Below the pieces are notes generated by a model. That model was not told the origin of the DNA, ran no database searches, and worked only from the letters and a program-made list of their open reading frames with translations. Of a stretch of DNA of 64,000 nt, positions 37,915 through 51,785 are shown one piece after another (position 1 is the stretch's first letter; each line of letters opens with the position of its first letter). Source of the stretch: Ascidiella aspersa (Eukaryota); contig OZ004609.1 in the NCBI GenBank assembly GCA_963924565.1, positions 25,854,001-25,918,000 of the forward strand, in the 5' to 3' direction. Both the position numbers and the translations under genes were made by a program.

Positions 37915-39723
37915 TTTTACAGGGAACTGCAACTGGATTGCTTTTCAAAACAATCACAGAAGTTCGCCTTACAATTTGTTTTTAACTTTTCTTACTCTTA
38001 CCCGTGATAAACTACCCTCCGCGGCCTTGATTACAACAACACATAAAAACATGTCGTGTTTTCATAAAAACATGAACTTATGTTGAAACGGTCATTAATA
38101 TCTGTGATAAGTTGACAACTAATAGGTCTTATATCTCTTTTCGCAAACATCTTTTTACCGACGCTTTTTTAGCACATATCAGTATATGCATACGCTAAAA
38201 GTGCACAGCTCATAATTCCTCTGAGGGTGTATTGATTTAAAAGTGCAAAGGCCGTACGCTTGAAAAGTTCAGCGATAATGCGTTTACCACATACGAACGC
38301 GTTCTGAGGTTCGCACCAGTCCCACACGTCAATCAACTTGATGAAACACATATGTTTGTAAAAGTTCGGAACACACACACTATGTTCCTGCGATGTTCGC
38401 TAGTAAATATGAAAACAGAGATAGAATTTCAACGAACTTATCTATATACTACACATATTTACGCAGTATCTCTTTATATTGAGGTGCACTTTGTGAGTTT
38501 AAATAATTCTAGGAATTAAAACACTGAAAAGATTTTTCGCTATAAAATATTTTTCCTGACAAATTTTTTATGTTCTCGAGGTAATATTTCTTATATTGCC
38601 TAAACATCTCAAAACATGTTACATATTCTTTGTTGGCTTAATAACCTTGTTTACATTCAGATTATTTCCAAACGACTAAGTTAAGCATCACAATCAGATA
38701 TAATCTAAATTCTAAAATATTTGACTTGGCTTCAAGGCTAGGTTGCTTGTTCTGTCTACTGTCCACCCTCACCGTTTCGAATTTCACTCTGCCATTTGCC
38801 AATGGTGGGGCGTCGAATGGATGAAGCGCATTCATTAGGCGGCGATAATCAAGATTTATGACGATGAGTCACGTGATCGTTCCTTGGAGGGTGGTTATTT
38901 TCGTTCGCGCGTATACGCAACCTCGACTGAGCTGGAATGGGATGCAACGAATCGCAGAACAAATACGTCACCGACGAACCAATGTTGACATGTGAAGTTT
39001 GATTCGCGTTTTGTTTCACTGCGCTAAGCCAAAGAAAAAAAATACCCGGTTTTAAAGAATGGAACATTCTCGCAAAGTTTTGTACCATTGTGTCGTTGCT
39101 CAAAAAGACCCTAAACAAAGTCCAAAACGATAGGCTACACTTTAGGTTAACTTAACGCTATTTGGTTTAAGTAAAAACAGAATCAGGCCGGGGTCGGATC
39201 CAAGGGGGTAGGCACGTGGCCATGCCCTCCTTAAAAAACTATACTTTTTGCTTGGTTTAGCTACGAAAACGCATTTTTTTAGCTCAAAGGCTTTGTGCGT
39301 CCCACCACAGACCACACCTTCGAAAATGAAAGTTTCGGCAACTTAAGCTATAAAAAGAAAGCGTTTTTTCGCTTTGCGCGAATCACTGACATCTTTGTTA
39401 TGTAGATTTTTTATTGAAAATAACACCACCTCTCCAACCGAAAATTTTAACCAAACGAAAGAAATGTGTTGTGTTCTCAAGGTTACGTTTTATGACGTCA
39501 CGTTTACATGTAACTTTATGACATTTTATTTTAATGTAAACTTGTTATGTCGCGTTATAAAGTAACTTTGTGACGTCGTCTTTAAAAAATTATCATGAAT
39601 ATAAACAAAATAGTGTTGTTTAATGTGGCCGGGTAGGCCTGATAAATGTGTCAAAATATAAAATTCACTTTTTATATAAAATTCGCCCGCAAATAAAACT
39701 TCGTTTAGTATAATTACCTAGCC

Positions 39724-40775
39724 CAGCGTGGTCCAACTTATTTTCATCGTGGGCCAGAAACAATTTTTTTTGCGGGCCAATGTTTTAAATAGAGATTCTA
39801 GGCTTATTCCTGGCAAATTATACATAACCCATTGCAGTGGTTCTTGACCTTTTTTCAGCAGCGCTCCACTTTGGTAATTTTCATATGCCTTTCGCCCCCC
39901 TACGAAAAGCAATTCGGCATTTTCTATTAAATATCACTAAGACAACTTGAAAAAAAATAAGTTTAATTGGTTGATTGGCGCTAAACTATAAATTTAGGAG
40001 TCTTTTCGCATTGGGCACACAACAAACTCGACACATTGATTTAAACAGTACGTTATCTTGTTTCAAAAGATGTGGCGACACACAATACAACGACCATATT
40101 GCAAAAACATTATAGATTCGCGCAAAAAAGTTTGAGTCCCCCTGCTGCAAGCCTGTTGTCATATATAAAATACCGGTATGGATAAAAAATAGTTTGAACG
40201 GGGGGTGACTTTTATCGTTTATCTATAAGTTAGAAAAATTGTAATTAAATGGCCGTTATACATTCGATGATATGAAAACATGCAATGGCACTGAAAGAGA
40301 CTTTGGGGCTAAAACATAGTCAAGAAAAGTAAAAAAACAAGATTGGCGCGAAGCGCGAACAATTTTTGCAGTTTCAATGTTAAAAAAAACATGGCAAAAA
40401 CAGAGTTGGTAGCCAACAGCGCTGTAGGAGTGGTGTACAACCCAAACGAAACTATTAAAATCATTGCAAAAAATATTGACTTGGAGCTCGCGCCCCCTTA
40501 AGAATTGCTTGGCGCCCTAGGAGGGCACGCCCACCAGGTTAAGAACCGCTGGCCTATGGCATACTAACTTTGAAATCTACACCTTTGTTCAGCTACGATA
40601 ATTATGAAATCACAAAGGATGATTTACGAACTTTTTTGTCCATTACAATAACAAAGAAACAAAAATTGAAGTGATATTGCTAAATTGCAGCAAAGCTGAC
40701 GTCCAGTTCGCGGAATAAAAAAGTGGAACTCGCGGGGCCAACTTTGGCCCGCGGACCTGCAGTTCGACCACACTG
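39724..40775. mobile_element. hAT-type MITE with a second MITE (39835-40551) nested inside
   Basis: Outer TIRs cagcgtggtccaact / agttcgaccacactg; inner TIRs cagtggttcttgacc / ggttaagaaccgctg with a decayed 8-bp TSD acccattg / gcctatgg. Similar CAGTGGTTCT-type ends occur near 11985, 15253, 19046-19350 and 24229. Confidence 0.6.
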
Positions 40776-42025
40776 AACTAGTATATATACGTAGGGCGAT
40801 GACGTATCATTTAAACTTAAAGTACAAACCAAAGTTCATAGAAATTTAGACACTTTGGAACAAACAATAACCACTAAGAAAACATTCCTATTTTTAATGA
40901 CTCTGGGACACAATGTACTAAAAGTATGAATTTTATGAACTTTAAATAAAGGTCTTTATCGTATTGTTTTGTTTATCATTTTTTTCACTGCGTCTAAAGC
41001 TGTGTGACAGTAAATATCAAGGTATCTAGTTAACGTTCGAAACGTAGTACGCACACTATTCAATTTATGTCGAATATTTTAATATAATATATTATATTTT
41101 ATCAATTTAGGGGATTTTTTCAAAAAGTCAGAATTTTATAGTGTAATGATACGTTGAACGTTCGAGAATTTTATATCAGAAAGTTTTAAACTATACATAC
41201 CGTAATGACAAGTTTTCTTAAATTGTCTACACTTGTTATGCATTTTTGTGTTATTTTTGCTTTATTATTTTTTATGTTTAGTCTAGAAGAAAAACTTGTA
41301 AATATTATATAAGCAAAAATCGTACGCCTTGTATTTTTACGTTATAGTTCATTGATCTGAATCATGATTTATGGAAATAGAAATACACCAGTGAATGAAA
41401 AGTGCATCATGCTTTTTAGCAGTGATGCAAGAATTTGCACTAGTTATGTTTCCTTTCTTTTAGAGAACATAAAAAGAAAAAAAAACAGTGTTCCACATCT
41501 TAGTCGATTAAGCACGAACCTTTTTGTGCCGCAAAAGCTAAATGAATATTCGAAATCGTAGTTTTTTAAAGTTCAAAGAAAGGGTTACAACTTACAAGCA
41601 ATGAAGCACGATTGGTAAATATGCATAAAAGTAATAATTATTGAGCGTAACGAATAACTGGCATCGTACTTTATACAAATATTCCGGTTGAAACAAAACC
41701 GGTATTCTCCGCACGTTGACAGCGCACACATTTAAGTTTAGTAATCGTAGACTCTAATACGCAGTAAACGTTTTGTTTGATGCTAGATAAGGTAATTAGG
41801 TTTAATTGTGTGTGCTTTTATTTGGTCACATACGTAACCATGGTAGCAACAATCTCCAAGATATGTTCATTTTTTGCAATGTTGCTAAATAGGTTAAGGT
41901 TTTGCAATTAATAAATACCTTACTTTACTGTTTCATCCACAGCTTTTAAGATCTATAGATAGAATTTATTTATTTCTAATTTGAACTATCTATACACCTG
42001 TTTGTGCTAATTATCTGCATACAAA

Positions 42026-44497
42026 ATGTCAGAGGCATCATCTGAACAGCAAAATGCTGCTGATAATGAAGCAAGAGAAACTGGCTCTATAATGGCAAGT
42101 TACATTTATTATAATAAACATAATATAAAATTGATCATTCCTAATACCAAAATATCCCCCTTTTAGAACTTTATGGCAGCAAGAAAAATTGGAACTGCAA
42201 TGTGGGTCATGAGATTATATTTGCTGTTTCTCAGTATCCAATACATGTTCTTTTGCAGGTTTGTAATCTTTTGATTTAATAGTTTGCCACGAGTTATTCA
42301 ATCTAAAAAAATGTTTTAAAAATAGGACTGAAATTTTAGAAACACAGTTTATAGCTTGGGACAACGGCGTTACAATAAAAAGAAATCAACCTTAAATAAA
42401 TAAATTAAATTAATAATGCCTTCCAGATTGGAAACTTTGGATTTGGCGCGGGGAGACGATTTTGCAGCTTGAAATTGCGCTGCTGTAATACCATTTCCGT
42501 CCAAATTTGCGCGGCTGTAATCACCTTATTTGTAAAAATTTGCACGGCTGAAAATGGAGTACTATACTGAAAACTGTTAGCGCGACCAAAGTTTTGTGTG
42601 TTTGAGCGATTTTCCGCGGCTGGCCGCATTTAACGTTGATTTTACACAAAATGCGCGGCTATGACCGCGACTGAGCGCTAAAATGGCCTTACTTTTCAAC
42701 ATGGAATGCCTTTCCTAATGCTACACAAACTTAACTATTTACGAGAAGGTCAATGATAAATAACACAAAACAAATATGACTCTGTGCTTAACATTTGAAT
42801 GTTATAAAAATGCACTAAAAATTAATTCTGTTAGTAAAAATCTGACATTTGTTTTCAACAAGTAATTGAATATGAAACACTGTCAATTTTGCTTGTATTT
42901 CAGTGCATTTGACATGGGTCAGTACTTTCAGCGAGCCATGATTGCAAATGCAATTGTTTGTGCGTTACGCCTTCACCAAAGGGTTCCAGAGTTTCGCTTT
43001 ACAAGAGAACATTTGGCTCTTTTACTGCAAGAGGACAGCTGTCACTACCTTATCTACTCAATGATATTTTGCACCTCACATCCTATCACTAGTAAGTTTA
43101 AGTCAGGCATGTGTAACTACACTTTATCAGGGAGAGTTGACTTTTTTTTAAAAGCACCTTGAAAACTGTTGTCAGTTCAAAATGCATTGGTATGAACATT
43201 GGGATGTCATTGATATGTAAATATAATCAATTGCCATGTAATAGTGTAGATAAATTTGTAGGATAATGGGATTGTATGCTTTTTTCTATATGTTTTTATT
43301 TTATTTCTGCTTCATATATATCAAATTCGTGAAAAAACACAGAATTTATTTTGGACAACTAGGTCTTATCGTCATGTTGCTTTGATCCTATAGATCGGCT
43401 GATATAACTTTCTCGGATAAAATGGTCAAAATATCAGTAATTAAAAATAAAATCTAAATAACATTTCAGTTTATCTACCTCAATTTATTAAACTCTTGAT
43501 TTGTATGTTAACTTTCCATGATATGAAACAAAAATATATTTCAAAAGATAAATAATGCTTTAAAATTTAGCTAGGAACAAAATGTTAAATAACTTGGTCA
43601 AAAATTTTCAACTCAATCCTTTATTAATGATCCATTTTCAAGTTGCTTTGATGCCGGTGGTTGTGTTCGCTATTCTTCATGCAAGCAACTTCACCCGTCA
43701 GATGTTTGATGTATATGGCACCAACTCCTACTTGCTGTTAAGAAAAATCATCAACACTGTTGCCAAGAACCAAGCTGTTCTGTTTCGCTTTGTTGCCCTT
43801 AATGAGGTCCTGCTAATGCCAACCACTATTTTTATGCTGATTGGGTAAGTTGTTTTGAATGTTGTTACTGTATTGCGTTTTTTTGGATTATTTAGCACAA
43901 CCACAATTGCATCCTACAGCGGAAAAGCCACTGTAGTTGCCCCCTTTCTTTACTACAAGTTCTTGTCTTACCGATACGTATCAAGGAGGAATCCCTACTC
44001 AAGGTATGGTCCTTAAATTTTTTATCATTAAATTAAGTTTAATAAATAATATTCATTTTTTGGATTAAAGCTATATTTTGGTCCTAACTAAAACTCACAT
44101 GAGCTGCCTAATTAGCACAATATCACATTATATGTATAAAGTATAGGCCACTTGGACCAAATAAAACATTATTTTGTTGAAGGCAACAGCATTACTGATT
44201 GATGTTGTATGTCCAATTAAACTTTTATTGTTACAGGGTACCAGCACGGCCTTTCAGATAGTTAAGTCAAACAGAATTAGATCCTTGGCTGCACCTGCCG
44301 TGAAATTGTATTTTCTAACTGCATTTTTTTTCCTTAACAGGATGGTGTTTTACGAGCTGCGTGTTTCAATGGAAACATTCTCCCAAAGCCCCAGCTGCCC
44401 AGGATTTCTTACCTCTGCCATCCACAAGGTCGTGTCGATGTGCTACAAGATGGCTCCTCCCATGGAATACCAACAACAAAGCCAGCCACAGCAATAG
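42026..44497 (+). CDS. TMEM33: Transmembrane protein 33 (Pom33/Per33 family ER membrane protein), about 263 aa
   Basis: Exons 42026-42094 (GC donor), 42167-42258, 42904-43091, 43643-43844, 43920-44003, 44341-44497; total 792 nt. Motifs TAMWVMRL, YFQRAMIANAIVCALRLHQRVP, LLQEDSCHYLIYSMIF, NEVLLMPTTIFML, RYVSRRNPYSRMVFYELR. Probable 5'UTR intron 41792-41942. Confidence 0.95.
42418..42709. mobile_element. MITE in TMEM33 intron 2
   Basis: Imperfect TIRs gccttccagattggaaa / ttttcaacatggaatgc; CpG-rich insert within an otherwise CpG-poor gene body. Confidence 0.5.
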
Positions 44498-44553
44498 TGA
44501 AATGATAACCCCGGAATGGTTTAACTTGGACATTTTGCGAATTGAAGTTTAGC

Positions 44554-44559
44554 AATAAA
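44554..44559 (+). terminator. Polyadenylation signal of TMEM33
   Basis: AATAAA about 57 nt after the TAG stop. Confidence 0.5.
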
Positions 44560-47500
44560 GTATTTATTAGGGTGAACTAACCGAAACGTTTTTATAGAAC
44601 AGTTTAATTGCAATCGCATGACGACATATCTATACACCGGCGGTAATATTGTTATTCGTTGGAGACGGTTGTTATTTACTTCCAAAACATTCAAGACAAT
44701 TAACGTTCTATTTATTCGTCCTTCAATAAAACCTGTGTGCTTCTCCAGATACCAGTTCACTTTTGGTTTACTTGTGTTATTTTTATTCAACATATATATC
44801 AATTGTTTACTTACGAACTTGTAATAGAATATATGCTCACGTTTTTTGCATGAAGTTGTTACCAACCTGGGGGTTATCAGAGTAACGCAAAAAAGTACCG
44901 AATTTATACTTTTTATGAAGTTGTTTCTCTTTATGCAACGAATACTGTGTTCCAACTTCATAGCGGCTAAAACATTAGACCAATCCACAAAATAACCGCC
45001 GCATTTGGCGTAAACATAAATATATTTGCTCGCACAGCGATTTGGTAATACTCAAAATGTCCTAATGTCGAATCTCCCATGTTGTTAATATAAAAAGATA
45101 GTTATTTTCAACAATATTTATGATAGTAATAAGCTCAAACAGATTACAAAAACGTGGCGAATGATCACACTGAAAATCTTTCGTTTATACGGCTTTTAAT
45201 AAATTGTTTAGAACCCTTATTCTAATTATTGTTTTTTATGTTTGTGGTTCACCAACGTTATTAGGTACACAAAAATGTGATTCCACGCCTCATTTAAACC
45301 AATTCAGTTCACATAGGTTTCGAGATTTGTCGTGATATACAAATGTACCTTATTTTGGCCATCCACTTTAAGAGCATTTTGTTTGTTTGCTTGCACACTG
45401 ATGGAATCCTACATTTATTGCATGAGAGTAACAAACTACGCCGAATGTTTGATCTGCCGAGGAAGTCTTACCGTGATTTTCGTTCCGTCCTGTTTTGTTT
45501 TTGTCATAATTAAAAGGATTTAAACATTGTACGTTTGATTTTTCAAAATATTTTTTACGTAAATTTATTTGGACATTACTCCATTATTATAGTGTTGTCA
45601 GACGTTTACATTAAGAACTGTATAATGACGCTAAAGTTATAGTTTCGTTTCACAAAAGTTTTCGCTGTTGTAGTCACTATTGGTCAATGACTGCAATTTA
45701 GCGAATTTTTTGTCAAATAACTTGACTTATGTTTCTCGACGAAGACCATTACCCGACTTGAGTTATTTGGACAAAGCACTTCACTCAAACAAAAGTCCAT
45801 TACCAAATCGGCCTCCAACGTTTCCGCTAGAGAGCGTAAGTTAGCCAGATTACGTAATGGACCTTCAGGCCAGTGAGCAAAAATATTTTGCCTGATAAAA
45901 TGTTTTCTGGATGACGCAAGGTATAAAACCTTTTTTTATTTCCACGTAAAGAGCTAAATAAACAGAAATCTCGCTTAGTATGACACTTGATCGCTACGGG
46001 TGAACAATTTTTCTAACTTTAGTTGTTAGATATTAATTTTGTCGTGTGTTTTAAAGAAGGACCCCTAACAGATATGAGTAAGCGAATTCTCAGAGCCACA
46101 TGTAACTGTAAAAAGCGAAACTGACCATGTACAGTATATAACTGCTACTTGCTCCAGTTAAAAGCAATGAGTCTAGAATAAACACTGTTTTCTAGTGTCG
46201 GGAAGTCACATTTCGTAGTAACAATTCACCCATAGCCTCGAACTGTGCTTGTTTACAATTAGGAAAAATGCAGTACCTAGACACGAATAGCCTACACGGC
46301 AAATTTGTCTGATATAACGCAACAAAATATGTCAAAACCACCACTATATTAGAATTAAGCGAAAGTTCAATTAGGCAAAACATCGTGGAGTTTAGATTTT
46401 ATCCGTATAATTATCAATTTCATATCCGTATAATTCATCAAGGAAATTAAGTGATACATAAAAAAGCGAGTTTTTAGATTCTGGCACACCAGAACGATTC
46501 GCGAACCCGAGAGGTTGGATGACAAACCATTACCGAAGAAGCTATATTTATTCTTTGGCGGGGGTGCTCCCGACTTTGCAATATCGGGTATCAGCCTGAT
46601 CCGATGTTATCAGACAGCTCTGTACAGTTTTATCGGTCGTTTATTTATTTTTCTCCTGCATATTCTGTGGCCAGGTATGGACAATCGGAATTTCTTTAGA
46701 TTTTACTAATTGGATAAGAAATTCAATGCGTGCTTTTCAACTTTCTCCAATTCGGTAAAACTTAGAATGACTGAATTCGCAGAAAGCATAGGTTAAACCA
46801 ATATCTAAATCAGAATTTTACTTCTTTAGTTCCATTAAAGTTTTGTGTAATAAGAATATGAAAGGCAAAATTCGTACACAAGGATTGGCACCTTTCAGGC
46901 CGTCTGATTTACTTGCATGACATTATGTTGTGACTGAGAAATTTGAAAACACCCTTAAATAATGTATATATATAGCCTTATATGAAAAGTTAATAAAAAA
47001 GTTAGATTTTAACTTAGTTAAAACAAACAACCAATGCATAAATTAGATTGGAACTATAGAATTAGCAGCATATTGCTTAAATTCCTCAATTGCATAACGA
47101 GAATTTTCTTGTCGTGTAGGCCTACTGTATGCGTCAGTGCGTCTAACACAATCTGTTGGAGGACAGTGTATTGTACATAGGTGTGATTTCGACGGTAAAT
47201 AGTAATATCGTTAAAGTTTCGCCTGATGCGAAAATCGATACCCCTGTTATTATCTGCATAGTCTATTCGGTTAATTCGCAAAGTGGCTGTTTGCTACACG
47301 AGGAGATAAGATATGGGCCAGGCGTTTCTCCCCGGCTGCTCGTTTACTTCATCAACACGTTCGCCATCGCGCGGCCGTGAACTTTCTAACTCCGGGACAA
47401 TTTTCAGATTTAAATTCCGCGTCCAAGTGCGACCGCGTGGCGCGCCGCTGCCCAAACAACGCCGCGTGTCGCTCCAGTTGTTGTTTTGCCTCGCGCCTGG

Positions 47501-50500
47501 GGAGAAACACATACGCGACCCTGGCCTATTCACCTTCCGCGGCCGGAGTTGTTCTGCATAAAGATAGTTGTCAAATTCGGTGTCGTATTAAGGTCCACCC
47601 TTACGTCTTGTTTGACCAGGGCGCCGAGGCCGGGCGGTTCCTGTGCTTATTATTCTTCGCAGACGCGACGACAATTACCGCTTCCAATGTCGTCGTCTGT
47701 GACGTAAACACAACTGCGTTTCGTCTGCGACGCGCCAATCGGAATCGATTCGAGAAAAGGCGAACCGTCAAATGACAGATTGAGAAATGCGGAAATCAAG
47801 CAAACAAACAAATAAACTGTAAACGAAAATCGGGCAACAGTGCCCGCATTCTGGGAGCCCATAATTGAAACGAACGCCGTGCACTTTCCAGCTCTATTTT
47901 GGTCTGGATGTTTTGCTGATGTAAATTGGCCAGGTTTTGCAAAGAGAAGTTTGCTTTCAAGGGCGGATTGTAGTAATGGGATAATGACTACATGGCACGC
48001 TTCGGGAGGCTTTCTCCCAATGTGATCACACGATACTATAATGGCATTTGTTTTGATTCCGCAGTGTCTGACCATGCGAATCGCGTGTCAAGGTATGGTA
48101 CGGATCGATTAGTATCTGCATTGACGCAGGCGTTTTACAGAAGTTGGCCGCGGCAAAATAAAGGCGATTCTCAAACCAGGCAGCATTTTGTTATTCATAA
48201 AAGAGTTTTAAATGAAAAAGCTAACATTTTTATCTTTCAGATGATACGGAGATCACTCCCGTAACACGAGGATTACCTTACTTACTTTCAACACTGTCGG
48301 GCGTCGATATAGGCTGGGGTTGAAATGCCTACCGGATCAGCGGTTTCGCGGTAGCCCTAATGGAACGTTCCTCGGGCTCAGTAATATGTTCATCCGAGTC
48401 TAATAGACAGGCAAAATGACGACACTTATCCGATTACTGAACGACCACGCCTGGATTACACCGCTGTCAGTAAACGTGTTGGTGTACAAGATGATTATAA
48501 GACGGTGTTGACGGTTAAATGTTATCAGCCTGCGAAAAAAAGCTTTGGGGGTGCAAGGTTCTCTTGTACGCGCTTAATAATTAGTTCGCTTTTAAATAAA
48601 CTCTCAGAATTCATGTCGAGCTGGAAACAAGTTTGTTTTTCATCATAAACTTTTTTCAAGACGCTGACACGGCTGTTTTGTTTGTGTTTGCCAGAAGCGC
48701 CTTCGACAAGATGTTGAGAGCCCGGGGCGCCTGTCTCTCGCATATATAGGAAGCGGCGAATTTTCGTTTAATTGTCAACAGACTGCATCGCAGACGACTT
48801 TCCATTCTCTTTCTTTATGTGCGTCTCAACGCCCGTCGTTTCCTTTTCGAGCCGGGCGCACGCCCTCCCCACTTTTTGCTGCCAGCAAAGTATCAAAACC
48901 GGCTTATGGCAAGGCGTTTATCACCATACGATTGCTGATGCTGATGCTTTGGTCACAACACGCTTCCCTAATGTGGCGCCTCGAATTTGCAAACGTGTGG
49001 GGGAAATAATAAGGGGTGAGGAAGCCATCGCACCTTTGTAAGCCCGTGGCATACGTTTCTAGAAATGTATGCATTCTGGAAATTGTATTTCCTATATTGT
49101 TTTCGGCATCCTGGCATATTTACCTCGAATAAAGTAACTTATATCGTTGGAGCATACAAATCAAGTCGCTGCGTACACCCCTTCTTCCACCCTATAGAAA
49201 CAGCTTAGACCTGTGTTTGTGATATCAGAAAGCAGCCCCAAAAGGTATCTCAAAATAGTGCAGTAAACCCAAAATGACTATACTTGCGAATAAACAAACA
49301 AAGCGATAACAATCTAAATTACGGAAGTGTTTTACCACTATATATTCTTGTGGTGTTGCACAAAAAACCATGTAACTATGACAAATTTAAAATGATAAAC
49401 TGCCAGCGCCTGCATGCAAACCTAAATAGACTGCTGATAAATTATCGCATAGGGAAAATATATAGTTGCCAGGAGTAAAAGTTCAAGGTAAGAAAACTCG
49501 CCTGTTAAAATCTGCGGCGAAATTCCACAGAGAAATCGCAGTTGGTAATACAGTATTAGGTCATTCTGACGGCCGAGAGAAATGGCAGCAATGAGCGTCG
49601 TTTACTTGTTATGCAACCCAGTTCAAAATGTCGCCTGCGGATAAGGTGTCTAGCTTTGGTTTTCGACTTGGCGATAAGATGGGGATCTTTCAAGAACTTA
49701 CGAAGAATACACCTGTGGCCTACGCCGGCGATCCTTATCGAATACCCTATGCCGTGATCCGGTTAAATCGTCGCCGTGCCAGGAGTTCGGCCGTGTGACG
49801 AGAAGACTAGCGCTATTGCTTTTAAATGCTGCGCGGGTGACAGTCATTACCTATCATTTCGAGATGTCGAAAAAGGGGACGGGTTCGTTTGCGATTTGAG
49901 ATTGTCCTGCACGATTGCTGTGACATGCCGACTCCCAACGGGGCGTCTGAATCACTGAAAACTGCAAAAAAAACAACGAAGGTTCGCGACTTTTATTGAT
50001 TAGGCCTCCTGCAGTCGGCAGTTCTCGAAATGAGATTTCAACATCCGGAACGCCGGTGGGACCCTTTCGTCGCGACGTTTATCCAGTTTTTTTTTAATTT
50101 TACATTGTCGGCGCGTCGCCATTTTTGGTTTCGTATACGCTACAGTTGGTTGCATCCAGGTAAACATAAAGTACATATTTGGCTGTTTTCTTTTACCAAA
50201 TGTATTTTATTTTTAGGGCATTGGTTACCAACCTTTTTAGTGAGATGGACGCTTTTCATGGTTTGGATCCTGCAACTATTAAATTCGTTACATCATTTAC
50301 TTACAAAGTTAGGATAAAAAGACACTTAATAAATTATTTAATAAAATAGTCAAATTAATAATAATCCTTCTGAAGTGAATAAATATGATCTTTTTTAACC
50401 TGGTATCAATAGTTTTAAAGAATGTCGTATTTTGTCTACTAAACTTTTTTTTTTTTACCATTTTCCATTTATTATACGTGTGAAAAGCTTGTGGACCCCT

Positions 50501-51675
50501 TGGGTTCTCATAAAACATGTGTTTTTTTTAGTTTTCATTCTCCGATAATAAAACATGCGAATTGGCTTAGTATCAGTTTGATTATAGCTTGCCTGCATTT
50601 TTACGGTAAGAATATTTTAAATCGGGGCTTTACAAATTTGTAGGGCCTTTAAATCCTTTCCAGCACACAGCTTTTGAAAGACAAATGTGGAGACTCACGA
50701 GTTTTGACGCGAAAACCCAAGAGACATACCATATTCACTTTAGGTTCAAAACGTTTCGTTATACATTAAAAAACGTTATGCTCGTTTTACATTTTACTCA
50801 CTGAAAATACCATATGCGTAATATGGTTTACAATGTGAGAGGCGCCTCTATTATAAACAAATGCCCCGAAATTCGGTAAACAAACAACGGTAACGCCGTA
50901 TTTTTCCTCCCCAGCGATCTCCACGGCGTTCAGGAATCGACAGTCGTCCAAACGGCCCGCGATAACATCTCGGCAACTATTTAATCTGGCATCGGGCTTC
51001 GCGCCTGGGCCGCGGCCGTTGCAGTGGGACCTGGACGCCGTATCGCGCCCCAAGATCTGAGCATTTTGGCATAAGCCCGAAAGCGTCGTGACATACGATT
51101 CGAGGCGCTGCGGTGCCGAAGATAGCGTCGCTGGCCCTGGGAAGGGAGAAACGTGTGATTAGCGCAAATAAATCGTTACGACAGATTCCCGATCTGATAA
51201 AACTTTCGCATTTCGCGGATAAGCGCCCGCGCCGGCGTTTGTTTTCAAATCACACTGCATAGGCCTTGGGTCATGATCTGAACATTGGCGCGGCTCAGTC
51301 GCCCCGATTAAGGCCGGGCGCTAATGAGGGCGACACCCTTCGTTGCCTAAGCGTCGTTTGTGCTTTTTGTGTTTTCGTGAGTGAGGCGTCGCGTCGTCCC
51401 TTGAACTCGTCACGGGGTCACGCGCGCGCGACTTACTTTTGACGCTCCGTTTATTGCGACCGCGATTTGCGATTTTCATTCAATCGCAGTTTTAATTAAA
51501 TCTAGCGATTTTCTATTTTTTATTTGTCGGTCGCCGCTGTGGAAAGCGAATTGTCAGAAGTGTTTGGATCATTTGTCGAGTACTATTAAGCTTACATTTG
51601 ACCATATGCTTTTTGTTAATAAATTCAGTAACAAACTTAGGAGCATAATGGTAGGAGGCTGTAGTCAAACGTCTA

Positions 51676-51785
51676 TAATAAGAATATCAAAGCCCATACA
51701 GAAGTAGACGTTGAAAATGAATACAGAGTTATTCGAAACGTTCAAAATGATATCTACTTATGTATGGGCTTTGATATTCCCATTA
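51676..51785 (+). mobile_element. Short inverted-arm element with a degenerate hammerhead; one-armed copy at 24667-24742
   Basis: 33-nt arms (51676-51708 and 51753-51785, 3 mismatches) around ttgaaaat-GAATA-cagagt-TATTC-GAAACGTT. Nearly the same core plus right arm recurs at 24667-24742. Confidence 0.55.
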
